NCBI GenBank assembly: GCA_048938005.1
Contig: JBHLMQ010000025.1
Coordinates: forward strand, 1-42,849
Direction: 5' to 3'
DNA length: 42,849 nt
From: Promethearchaeota archaeon
GTDB taxonomy: Archaea > Asgardarchaeota > Lokiarchaeia > Sigyniarchaeales > SOKP01
In this document: in pieces, positions 1-8,123 of the stretch
Numbering within the stretch: the first letter of the stretch is position 1
Layout: every line of letters begins with the position of its first letter
Position numbers and translations under genes: made by a program
Notes under the pieces: model-generated
The model's input: only the letters and a program-made list of their open reading frames with translations
Database searches by the model: none
Told to the model about the DNA's origin: nothing

Positions 1-1988
1 TCTGTGATTATTGAATAAATTTGTTCTGCAGTAAATCCTTTAATATCTATTGCTGAACATCTGCAATTTCCTGAACAAGCACCACACCCTTTACAGAGGG
101 CTTCATTAATTTTAGCAACAGTTCCAAACCATCGATCCTCAACAAGTTCAATTGCACCATAAGCACAATTTTCAACACACATGCCACATCCAATACATCT
201 TTCAGGACGAACAATACCAAAATACGGTTCTACTTCAACTTCACCTTTAGCCATTAATACGGCAGCACCAGATGCTGCTCCTTTAGCTTGAGCTACGGCA
301 TCTGGAATATCTTTTGGTCCTTGAGCAACTCCCGCAATAAAAATACCATCTGTTAAAGTGTCAACTGGTCTTAATTTTGGATGTGCTTCTAAAAAGAATC
401 CATCTGCAGACCTTTGAATTCTTAATAAAGATGTAATTATATCCGCATCTGCTCGCGGTTCTAAACCACATGATAATACAAATAATTCAACTTTTAATTC
501 AATTGGTTGTTGGAGCAATGTATCTTCAGATCTAATAATTATATTATGATCTTCATCTTCAGTAACCTCTGCAATTCTACCCCTCATATAATTAATTCCA
601 TAATTTCGACCAGCAGATTCATAAAATTCTTCATATCCCTTTCCAAAAGCTCGTACATCCATATAGAAAATATATACATCAGCATCAGGATGTTTTTCTT
701 TATATTGCCTTGCCTGTTTTGTTGCATACATACAGCAGACTCGAGAGCAATATTGATTTCCTCCTTCTCTAAAATTTCTACTTCCAACACATTGTAAGAA
801 AGCAATACTATGTGGTTCTTTGAGATCTGATGGTCTTACCGGTTTTCCTACAACAGGTCCAAAAGAACTTAATAATCGTTCCATTTGGAGTCCAGTAATT
901 ACATTTGGATATTTTCCATACCCATATTGCTTTAGTTCTGTCGGATCATATAAATCCCAACCTGTGGCAACTATTATTGTACCTACTTTAACTTTAAGAT
1001 ATTCAGGTTCATCTTCATAATTAATTGCTTCAGGTTCGCAAACATCTGTTCGAGCACAAATCCCACATTTTATACAGTGATCCATATCTATTGTATATTG
1101 TCCAGGAACTGCTTGAGGGAATGGAATATAAATTGCTTTTCGTGTGGCTAGTCCTAAATCAAACTCATTTCCAACAATTACAGGGCAATAATCGACACAA
1201 ATTCCGCAACCAGTACATTTTACTTGATCAACATAGTGAGGTTTTTTTAATATAGTTACTTCAAAATTACCAATATAACCAGATACTTCTACTACTTCTG
1301 AATAAGTTAGAAGTTCTATGTTTTTTTCACGTGATACCTCAGACATTTTGGGTGTGAGAATACAACTACTACAGTCCATCGTAGGAAAAGTTTTATCGAG
1401 TTGAGCCATATGGCCGCCAATAGTTGGAGATTTTTCAACTAAATACACTTTATAACCCTCTGTTGCAAGATCTAAGGCTGCATTCATGCCCGCAATTCCC
1501 CCTCCGATTATTAAACAAGAAGGTTCAACTTTTACTTTCTGTACTTCTAATGGTACTAATTCTCTAGCTTTTGCAACAGCCATCCTAATATGATCTTTAG
1601 CAGTCTCATATGCACCTTCTGGTTCCCTCATATGAACCCAAGTTGAATGTTCTCGAATATTTGCCATCTCAAATAAATATTGATTTAATCCAGCTTCTTT
1701 ACATGCGATTCTAAAAGTAGGTTCATGCATTCTTGGAGTACATGCCGCAACAATTACTCTATTTACTAATCCCGCTTCAATATCTTCTTTAATCATCTTT
1801 TGACCAACATCTGAGCAAAAAAATTTATATTCCCTTGCTAGATCTACGTTTGGAAGTGTTTTAGCATACTCTACTAAATCTGGAACTGAAATAACTCCAC
1901 CAATATTTACACCGCAATGACACACATAGACTCCAATCTTAGGTCTTTCATTACCAGTAACCACAATTTCCTTTTTCGTTTCTGTCAT
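1..1988 (-). CDS. hdrA: Heterodisulfide reductase subunit A (copy 1), 3'-truncated by the window edge
   Basis: Absent from the ORF track because no stop falls inside the window. ATG at 1988 reads MTETKKEIVVTGNERPKIGVYVCHCG. It contains GGHMAQLDKTFPTMDCSSCILTPKM and C-terminal ferredoxin motifs CIGCGMC and CKGCGAC, and the start and end segments are in the same frame. It lies just downstream of hdrB. Confidence 0.96.
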   Translation of the reverse strand, partial: MTETKKEIVVTGNERPKIGVYVCHCGVNIGGVISVPDLVEYAKTLPNVDLAREYKFFCSDVGQKMIKEDIEAGLVNRVIVAACTPRMHEPTFRIACKEAGLNQYLFEMANIREHSTWVHMREPEGAYETAKDHIRMAVAKARELVPLEVQKVKVEPSCLIIGGGIAGMNAALDLATEGYKVYLVEKSPTIGGHMAQLDKTFPTMDCSSCILTPKMSEVSREKNIELLTYSEVVEVSGYIGNFEVTILKKPHYVDQVKCTGCGICVDYCPVIVGNEFDLGLATRKAIYIPFPQAVPGQYTIDMDHCIKCGICARTDVCEPEAINYEDEPEYLKVKVGTIIVATGWDLYDPTELKQYGYGKYPNVITGLQMERLLSSFGPVVGKPVRPSDLKEPHSIAFLQCVGSRNFREGGNQYCSRVCCMYATKQARQYKEKHPDADVYIFYMDVRAFGKGYEEFYESAGRNYGINYMRGRIAEVTEDEDHNIIIRSEDTLLQQPIELKVELFVLSCGLEPRADADIITSLLRIQRSADGFFLEAHPKLRPVDTLTDGIFIAGVAQGPKDIPDAVAQAKGAASGAAVLMAKGEVEVEPYFGIVRPERCIGCGMCVENCAYGAIELVEDRWFGTVAKINEALCKGCGACSGNCRCSAIDIKGFTAEQIYSIIT

Positions 1989-1998
1989 TTTTTTCCTC

Positions 1999-2949
1999 TT
2001 ATATCAATTGCTCTTTAACTATATTTAAAAATGGATCAACTGAAATAAATGGAGAAACACCTTGTAATTCATGATTTTTAACTAAACCTAATAAATTTGG
2101 ATCCATACCAAACGCAACTCCTAAGAGTTGAGTTATATATATTACAGGAATGTGAAATGGTTCTCCAATAATATCTGCATAATAGTTATTTGCTTCAACT
2201 TGACCTAGATCTAATTGAAGATGACAAAAAGGACAGCAGTTTATAACAATGTCTACACCTGCATCTCTCATATTAACTAATTTTTCCCGCGTGAAATCTG
2301 CTGCAACTTCTTTAACAGCAGTTCTAACTGCTCCACCAGCCCCACAACACATATATTTATCTTTATAATCAATACTCTTGGCTCCTGTTATTTCAACAAT
2401 TTCATCTAAAAATCTAGGAGACTCATATTCACCATTCCAAGGTCTTTTTTCGCTTGGTTTTACAATATGGCACCCATAATGTACGCCTACCTTTAAATCT
2501 GAGAATTTAAATTTAATAAAATCTTTTAAATAGTCTAAGCCCATATCGAGATATAAAGCTTGAACAATATGTTTTGGTTCGAGATTACCTTTGTATTTCC
2601 GACCAATTTTCGCAAGATATTCATTTACTTCTTTTTTTTTTTCATAATCATGCTCAAGTTCATACCAAGCATCTCTAAGAGTTCCATAACAGCCATTACA
2701 ACCAGTAATTGGATTTACTCCTAATTCTTCTGCGATAGATATATTTCTAGCAGCAATAACAAACCAAGTTGGTATATGAAATGCTCTAAAAACTCCAGGA
2801 GCAGGACAACATGAAGCACCAGGTAAATCTAAAAGCTCAGCACCAAGATGGTCAAAAACGCTTCTAATTGAGGCTTCAATCATAGGATAACGGTTAGGAA
2901 TTACACATCCTAAAAAAAATCCATAATGCCATTTATAATCTTCATTCAT
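1999..2949 (-). CDS. hdrB: Heterodisulfide reductase subunit B (copy 1)
   Basis: Two CCG domains: FFLGC..SCCPAPG..CNGC and HYGCH..CCGAGG..CPFC. Lies between hdrC and hdrA. Confidence 0.96.
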   Translation of the reverse strand: MNEDYKWHYGFFLGCVIPNRYPMIEASIRSVFDHLGAELLDLPGASCCPAPGVFRAFHIPTWFVIAARNISIAEELGVNPITGCNGCYGTLRDAWYELEHDYEKKKEVNEYLAKIGRKYKGNLEPKHIVQALYLDMGLDYLKDFIKFKFSDLKVGVHYGCHIVKPSEKRPWNGEYESPRFLDEIVEITGAKSIDYKDKYMCCGAGGAVRTAVKEVAADFTREKLVNMRDAGVDIVINCCPFCHLQLDLGQVEANNYYADIIGEPFHIPVIYITQLLGVAFGMDPNLLGLVKNHELQGVSPFISVDPFLNIVKEQLI

Positions 2950-2951
2950 GT

Positions 2952-3554
2952 TTATTCCTCCTTACCTTTTTTCTTTATATTTGTTCTCTCTTTTTTTAAT
3001 CTTTCTGCATTATCCAATAGTTTTTTAAATCCAACAGCATTCATCAATTCTTGACACTCCTTTACAGCTTCAGGATAAGAATGAACAGTTGGTGGTAATG
3101 GTGGCAAACCATAGGATTCTCTTAAATCTCTCCATCTTTTATTGTTTTCTCCAGTTGCTGGTACTCCATGCCCTGTAGCATAAAAAATATTTTTAGCTAA
3201 TCCAAAATGCGAATCTAAAATAAAACCCTCTTCCACCGCAATATTTCTAAGTTTTATAATCATATCAGTTACCGGAATATCACGAGGACATCTTTCATAA
3301 CAATAATAACAAGTTGAACACAACCAAATATCGATATCTTTTAATACTGATTCGTCACCCATTAATGCTCGACGAATTGCCGAACGAGTTCGATATGCCG
3401 TTCTTCTTCCCGATGGACAACTTCCAGTGCACGTACCACAATTTATGCATGCTCTAATTTTTTCTAAACCAGCATCAACAAATTTTTGTGCAATTCTTGA
3501 ACTTGTAGACTTATAGACTTTCCTTTTTATATATTTTTCCACATTTTCGCTCAT
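2952..3554 (-). CDS. hdrC: Heterodisulfide reductase subunit C (copy 1)
   Basis: Two 4Fe-4S motifs, CINCGTCTGSCP and CSTCYYCYERCP, plus the HdrC C-terminal TGHGVP...PPTVH. Confidence 0.95.
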   Translation of the reverse strand: MSENVEKYIKRKVYKSTSSRIAQKFVDAGLEKIRACINCGTCTGSCPSGRRTAYRTRSAIRRALMGDESVLKDIDIWLCSTCYYCYERCPRDIPVTDMIIKLRNIAVEEGFILDSHFGLAKNIFYATGHGVPATGENNKRWRDLRESYGLPPLPPTVHSYPEAVKECQELMNAVGFKKLLDNAERLKKERTNIKKKGKEE

Positions 3555-3589
3555 AATTGACTCGAATCTTGGGTATGATTTAAATATTG

Positions 3590-3642
3590 ATTTGCAATTT
3601 TGTAAAAAAGAAAGGTGTTTCTTTTACGTGTTTGATCAAACA
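3590..3642. promoter_or_regulatory. Cluster of inverted repeats upstream of the hdrCBA-1 operon (candidate operators)
   Basis: Perfect 14-bp palindrome TGTTTGATCAAACA (3629-3642), AAAAGAAA-GGTG-TTTCTTTT (3606-3625) and imperfect TTTGCAA-TT-TTGTAAA, all 35-90 bp upstream of the hdrC start. Confidence 0.35.
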
Positions 3643-3853
3643 AATTATCTGATATCTTGTGAAGGTAAAAGTATATTTCTTAAAAAAATTTGTTATCAAT
3701 ACTTAATAACTAAAATCAATTTAATGGTTATTTCTTATATTTTACATTTTTATAAGGAACGAATTATAAAGATTTTCTTTTTGATTTTTTATTATAATTT
3801 TATTATTTAAAAAAGAGTTAAATACTGTTATTTATTAGATTAAAGTTTGTTAA

Positions 3854-4069
3854 TTATTTTAATTCATCTAAATACTCAATTTGTTTTTCTTTTGACAAAA
3901 ATGCTAATTCTTTTTTAATTTTCTTTTTCTTTTCCTTAGGTAAATCTAAATTTTTAAGTCTATCTCTGATATCTTTTGATAAAACAGTATAGATTCTCAT
4001 AAAATATTTTTTTATTTCTGGTATTTCTTCAATATCTTTATCGTTTATATCTCCTCTAATTTTTTTCAC
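3854..4069 (-). CDS. Small helical hypothetical protein (71 aa, GTG start)
   Basis: Charged, protein-like helical sequence (ELAFLSKEKQIEYLDEL), co-oriented with its neighbours. Confidence 0.65.
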   Translation of the reverse strand: MKKIRGDINDKDIEEIPEIKKYFMRIYTVLSKDIRDRLKNLDLPKEKKKKIKKELAFLSKEKQIEYLDELK

Positions 4070-4191
4070 CGTTTTTTATAATCATCTAATTGTAATATAG
4101 ATTAAAATTTAATAAAATATTAGGAGTCCAGTTCTTCTCTAAATCTTGATTAGTTTACTAAAAAATAAATTTAAAAAAGTTCGGATTCGGA

Positions 4192-4872
4192 TTATATTTT
4201 TTTCATTATATTCTCGAATTCCATTTCAGAAATGAACCCTTTATGTTCCAAAATTTCTTTTACTTCTTTCAATAACTTAGGTACATTTATAGCTTGGCGC
4301 ATTTGAGTTTCTAGATCTTGATTTCTTTTTTTCAAATCTGAAATTGTATCCTCATTTTGATTTATACTCTTCTCAAGTTCTTCTTTAATGTCTTTTATAT
4401 CCGATAATTCACTTTTTAATGAGGCTATTTCCGTTATCTTACTTTCCATCTCATTCTTCAATAAATCTAATTCTTTGTCTTTCTTATTGATTTCAGTTTT
4501 TAACTCGTTTATTATCGATTCAAATTCTTTTTCTTTGGTGATTGATTGATTTTTATAATTTTGATATTCAGTTAAATTATTCTCAGCATCTTTTAATTTT
4601 AATTCTAATGCTTTTACATCCTTTAAACGAATGTTTAAATCAATTTCTAATTTTCTATTGGATTCTTTTAGTTCTTCAAATATGGATTTAGTGGCGTTAA
4701 ATTCCTCTTTAAATTTACCCAATTCTTCGTTCGCTTTTTTTGCATTCTCTCTATAATTAATTATGCTTTTCTCTAAATCAGTGGTTTTTGCTCGGAGATC
4801 TAAAAGATATTTACCTTCAATTTTGAAAATTCTCTCTGGCTCTTCTTCTGCTTTTGCCCAATCAATGCTTAT
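4192..4872 (-). CDS. Long coiled-coil protein with SHOCT-like C-terminus; probable ATA start (226 aa)
   Basis: The track ORF (TTG at 4722) extends 50 codons in frame to ATA at 4872 (ISIDWAKAEEEPERIFKIEGKYLLDLR...). An in-frame TGA lies three codons further up, and GAGGTGA (4879-4885) sits 6 nt upstream. Heptad E/K/L-rich body; C-terminal LEHKGFISEMEFE. Confidence 0.8.
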   Translation of the reverse strand: MSIDWAKAEEEPERIFKIEGKYLLDLRAKTTDLEKSIINYRENAKKANEELGKFKEEFNATKSIFEELKESNRKLEIDLNIRLKDVKALELKLKDAENNLTEYQNYKNQSITKEKEFESIINELKTEINKKDKELDLLKNEMESKITEIASLKSELSDIKDIKEELEKSINQNEDTISDLKKRNQDLETQMRQAINVPKLLKEVKEILEHKGFISEMEFENIMKKI

Positions 4873-5278
4873 AGTATTTCACCTCAAAATTATTTTTGTT
4901 TTTAAATTTTTTTGAATTTTATTAACTGATAAAGCTTTTTTTGACTTCTATTATTATGATCTTCTTAGAATTTAAATAATTATATTAATTTTTTTTCAGT
5001 TAATACTAAAACAAATAACCTTAATGAATATTTATTAATTTACTTTCCTTGAAATCACATTAAATATTGATATAAAACATTAAATTTTCTAAACTAAATT
5101 AAATATTTTTATTCAATATTTTTTACTAATTAAGATATCAAAGGAATCTAATTAAAGTAAAAAGAAACCTAATATAAAAGTCAATGGTTATCAATTTTAA
5201 AAACTTTGTGATATCCAACTTATAAGAGGATAAAATTAAAATAATTAAAAAAAATGTATTTAGTAAAGATTCACTAAC

Positions 5279-5292
5279 TAAAAGTTTTAAAT
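5279..5292 (+). promoter_or_regulatory. Archaeal BRE/TATA promoter candidate
   Basis: AAAAGTTTTAAAT about 40 bp upstream of the 5333 ORF. The same 13-mer recurs at about 5788-5800, upstream of the 5867 ORF. Confidence 0.45.
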
Positions 5293-5332
5293 AATTATAT
5301 ATTAAAAATTGGATTGAAAAATAAAAAACTTT

Positions 5333-5737
5333 TTGGCGATTGTACTGGGAAAGTTATTTGAAAATATTGCTGTTTTGGATAAAAAAAATAATATAGTGTT
5401 TGAACGGGTTAACGATCAGGAATTTTGTTCTGAATTTTTTGGACAAGTTTTAGTTGCTTTTGAAGGATTAACTAAACATATTGCAGATGGAGAATTATCA
5501 AATATAGAATGGGGAGATACATTGATCACAATCAAGAAAAAAGAGGACTTAATATTTTTAGGCTGTACTGATCCTGATGTTAAAGAGAGTAAAGTAAATG
5601 AAGAATTAGATATCGTCTGTAAAAGATTTTTTGAGATCTATCCATTAGTTTTGATAGAAGATTTTGAGGGGGATAGAACTATATTTTCTAATAGTGAACA
5701 AAGATTTCTTTCAGAAATAAAACATCTAATTGATTAA
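5333..5737 (+). CDS. Longin-like domain protein (Asgard eukaryotic-signature type)
   Basis: 134 aa with a beta-beta-alpha-beta-beta-beta-alpha pattern: IAVLD...GQVLVAFEGL...GELSNIEW...LIFLG...RFFEIY...FEGDRTIF. Similar to 6237..6635. Confidence 0.65.
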   Translation: MAIVLGKLFENIAVLDKKNNIVFERVNDQEFCSEFFGQVLVAFEGLTKHIADGELSNIEWGDTLITIKKKEDLIFLGCTDPDVKESKVNEELDIVCKRFFEIYPLVLIEDFEGDRTIFSNSEQRFLSEIKHLID

Positions 5738-5866
5738 TGTATAAATATCTAGTTTTCATCATATTCACTAGTAGATAAGTTTAAGATAAAAGTTTTAAAT
5801 TTTTAAAAACAATTAGAAAGTAATTAAAACAAATTTACAAATTTTAAAAGAGTTAAGTGAATTATA

Positions 5867-6199
5867 ATGGCTTTGGACTGGTATTTCTTTTTTAGTTTGT
5901 TCTGTTCAATTGGAGGTATAGCATTTTTTATTATAAGTCTCTTACTTATCAGTAAAATAAAAGAGTTATTTCCTGCAACAAAATTAATTAAAAAATGGGT
6001 AATAATACAGATATTAATCTTATTGTTTTTGTGTGGATATGTACTTAATATTATTTTTTTATCTCTTGCATTAACCACATTTACAAACATTATGGTTGCA
6101 ATTGTGTATATATTCGGAGCTTTATTTGTTCTAATAGTTGTTAATCTCAGTTATAAGACTTATAAGGAAATTGTTTTGGGCTCCTCAAAAAAAGAATAA
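5867..6199 (+). CDS. Small three-TM membrane protein, resembling the stand-alone membrane input module of sensor kinases/cyclases
   Basis: Three hydrophobic segments with the pattern KW..I..LILLFLCGY...VYIFGALFV.IVV.LS..T. The resemblance to sensor N-termini is from memory. Confidence 0.7.
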   Translation: MALDWYFFFSLFCSIGGIAFFIISLLLISKIKELFPATKLIKKWVIIQILILLFLCGYVLNIIFLSLALTTFTNIMVAIVYIFGALFVLIVVNLSYKTYKEIVLGSSKKE

Positions 6200-6236
6200 A
6201 AGTATAAAAATTATAGAAAAATTCGAATAATCAATT

Positions 6237-6635
6237 ATGTCTCCGTTGCTTGATGAACTTTGGGTTTTTTCTAGAGCTGGTGTTCCTATTGTGGACTTTT
6301 CAAAAGAAGAAAATGTAGATAAGACCTTCTTAGGATTTTTCATATCTGCCATAAAGACGTTTAGCAAGAAGGTTTCAGGCAGGGAATTAAAAGGATTTAA
6401 TATAGGGAATAATAAGTATTCATGCATCCATTGTTTGGAAGATGAAATTGTACTTGTATGTAGATCACCTTTAGATGTAAATAAAAAGAAAATTCAAAAA
6501 GTGTGTTCTGTTATTGGTAAAATGTTTGAGCAAATGTTTTCTATTAATGATATTACAAAATGGAATGGAGATCTTGATTTCTTTAATGAATTCCAACATA
6601 AGTTAAATTTATACTTTAGAATGAGCGATATTTAG
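6237..6635 (+). CDS. Longin-like domain protein (Asgard eukaryotic-signature type)
   Basis: LWVFSRAGVPI...GFFISAIKTFSKKV.G.ELKGF...IVLVC...F...F...WNGDLDFF.EF, the typical Asgard longin-like pattern. Confidence 0.72.
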   Translation: MSPLLDELWVFSRAGVPIVDFSKEENVDKTFLGFFISAIKTFSKKVSGRELKGFNIGNNKYSCIHCLEDEIVLVCRSPLDVNKKKIQKVCSVIGKMFEQMFSINDITKWNGDLDFFNEFQHKLNLYFRMSDI

Positions 6636-6653
6636 GATAATTTTCATATTTTA

Positions 6654-6667
6654 TTTTTTTTTTTTTT
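6654..6667 (+). terminator. Oligo-T archaeal terminator candidate
   Basis: Run of 14 T beginning 19 nt after the stop at 6635. Confidence 0.5.
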
Positions 6668-6782
6668 ATAAGTAAACTATTTGATCTATTTCAAAAGATT
6701 GAAATACCTATATTTTTTTATAAGAGATAATTAAGGGAAAAGGTTTTTAATAAAATTTAAAAACAGTTTATTTTAGGTTATT

Positions 6783-8123
6783 ATGGATTTTGAAAACTTT
6801 AGTGACACATTGAAAAAACTAGCTAACAAAATAGAAGAAAAGGTCATTGATGATGCCATTCCAAAACATATATTCTTGAACCGCATAGATTTAAACGGTT
6901 TTAAAGAAATAGTGAGCGAATATATAAAAAATCGAGAACTATGTAAGAAAGAATTAGATGTAAAAGGAATATGGCGTCTAGATTTAGAATATGGTCCACA
7001 ATTTGAAACAAAACTAAAAACTGAGAGAGCTGGAGAGATCACAGTACAAATGGATGGATTAACATTATTTGGAGGAGGAGGAACTGCTTTACATCCAATT
7101 TCGATTTGCATGGCAGGATTCTGTGGGTGTTATTGTGCAGCATATGCAAAATGGGCAGCAATGGAAGGGATTACATTAAATCAGTTGAAGATTAGAGTTA
7201 AGGGTGATTTAGATTTCACTACCATTTTAGGTATCGATAAAAATGTACCTATAGTTGACCATTATCAAATAGAATTATTCATTGATAGTGATGCGAGTTA
7301 TGAAGAACTTCAAAAAATTTCAGAAATAACAAAACGACGTTGTTTTTGTTATTATTGCATATCCACCTCCACGATCCCAAAAATTACTTTAAAGAATGAA
7401 GGGACAACACTTATAAATAATAATCAAATAGATTCTAAACTTCAAAATAATCTTAATCGAATAAACCTAGGAGCTTATAAAGATACCGTTGAGGTTTTTA
7501 AACAAAATCGATCGCTCTGTAAACGGATTATAGAAGCGGAGGGGCGTTGGAGATTAAACGTACAATATGGTCCTCAATTTGAAATCATTTTGCCAACAGA
7601 GAGGGCGGGATATATTACAGTTCAGACTGATGAAACAATAATTTTAGGAGGTGGAGGTACTTCTTTTCATCCTGTAGCACTTTGTATTGCTGGCTTTTGT
7701 GGTGATTTTGCTGGTACTTTTGCAACCTTAGCAGGTTTAAGTGGAATAAAACTTAAAAAATTAGAAACCCATGCTAAGATGGATATAGATTTAACTACAG
7801 GATTTGGTATTGAGGATGGCCATCCAATGATTGATGATTATGAACTCGAATTGAAAGTTGAAAGTAATGTTTCAGATGAGGAACTTATAAAACTTCTCGA
7901 TCTTACTAAAGAACGTACTTTTTGTCATTATTGTTATGCGACTCCTGTATTTCCAGATGTAATTGTTAAAAAAATTACTACTAAAGAAGATGAACAATTA
8001 GCTAAGGATACAGCATATTTACTCAGTAAAAAAGAAGTTATATCTGATAATTTAATACATATCGATACGGCACATAATATTAAACTAAGAACTAAACGCG
8101 ATATAAAAATGAAACAATTATGA
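6783..8123 (+). CDS. Tandem double-domain OsmC/Ohr-like protein, Cys-rich
   Basis: Two internal repeats of about 170 aa (from about aa 33 and aa 225). Each has the OsmC-like D...LGG.GT..HP...C.AG.CG[C/D] segment and a downstream R[C/T]FC.YC segment. Confidence 0.8.
   Translation: MDFENFSDTLKKLANKIEEKVIDDAIPKHIFLNRIDLNGFKEIVSEYIKNRELCKKELDVKGIWRLDLEYGPQFETKLKTERAGEITVQMDGLTLFGGGGTALHPISICMAGFCGCYCAAYAKWAAMEGITLNQLKIRVKGDLDFTTILGIDKNVPIVDHYQIELFIDSDASYEELQKISEITKRRCFCYYCISTSTIPKITLKNEGTTLINNNQIDSKLQNNLNRINLGAYKDTVEVFKQNRSLCKRIIEAEGRWRLNVQYGPQFEIILPTERAGYITVQTDETIILGGGGTSFHPVALCIAGFCGDFAGTFATLAGLSGIKLKKLETHAKMDIDLTTGFGIEDGHPMIDDYELELKVESNVSDEELIKLLDLTKERTFCHYCYATPVFPDVIVKKITTKEDEQLAKDTAYLLSKKEVISDNLIHIDTAHNIKLRTKRDIKMKQL

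Noticed and set aside
507-1255. Short track ORFs at 507-797, 584-805, 820-1020 and 1025-1255
   Set aside because: They are antisense or off-frame shadows of hdrA-1.
1-1988. Selenocysteine (in-frame TGA) as the reason hdrA-1 is missing from the ORF track
   Set aside because: The usual Sec site reads TGT (DCSSC), the start and end segments are in frame, and the ORF simply runs off the window. hdrA-2 and mvhD are also all-Cys, and no SECIS is needed.
3592-3810. 72-aa plus-strand ORF
   Set aside because: It is a low-complexity translation of AT-rich promoter DNA, antisense to the local gene orientation.
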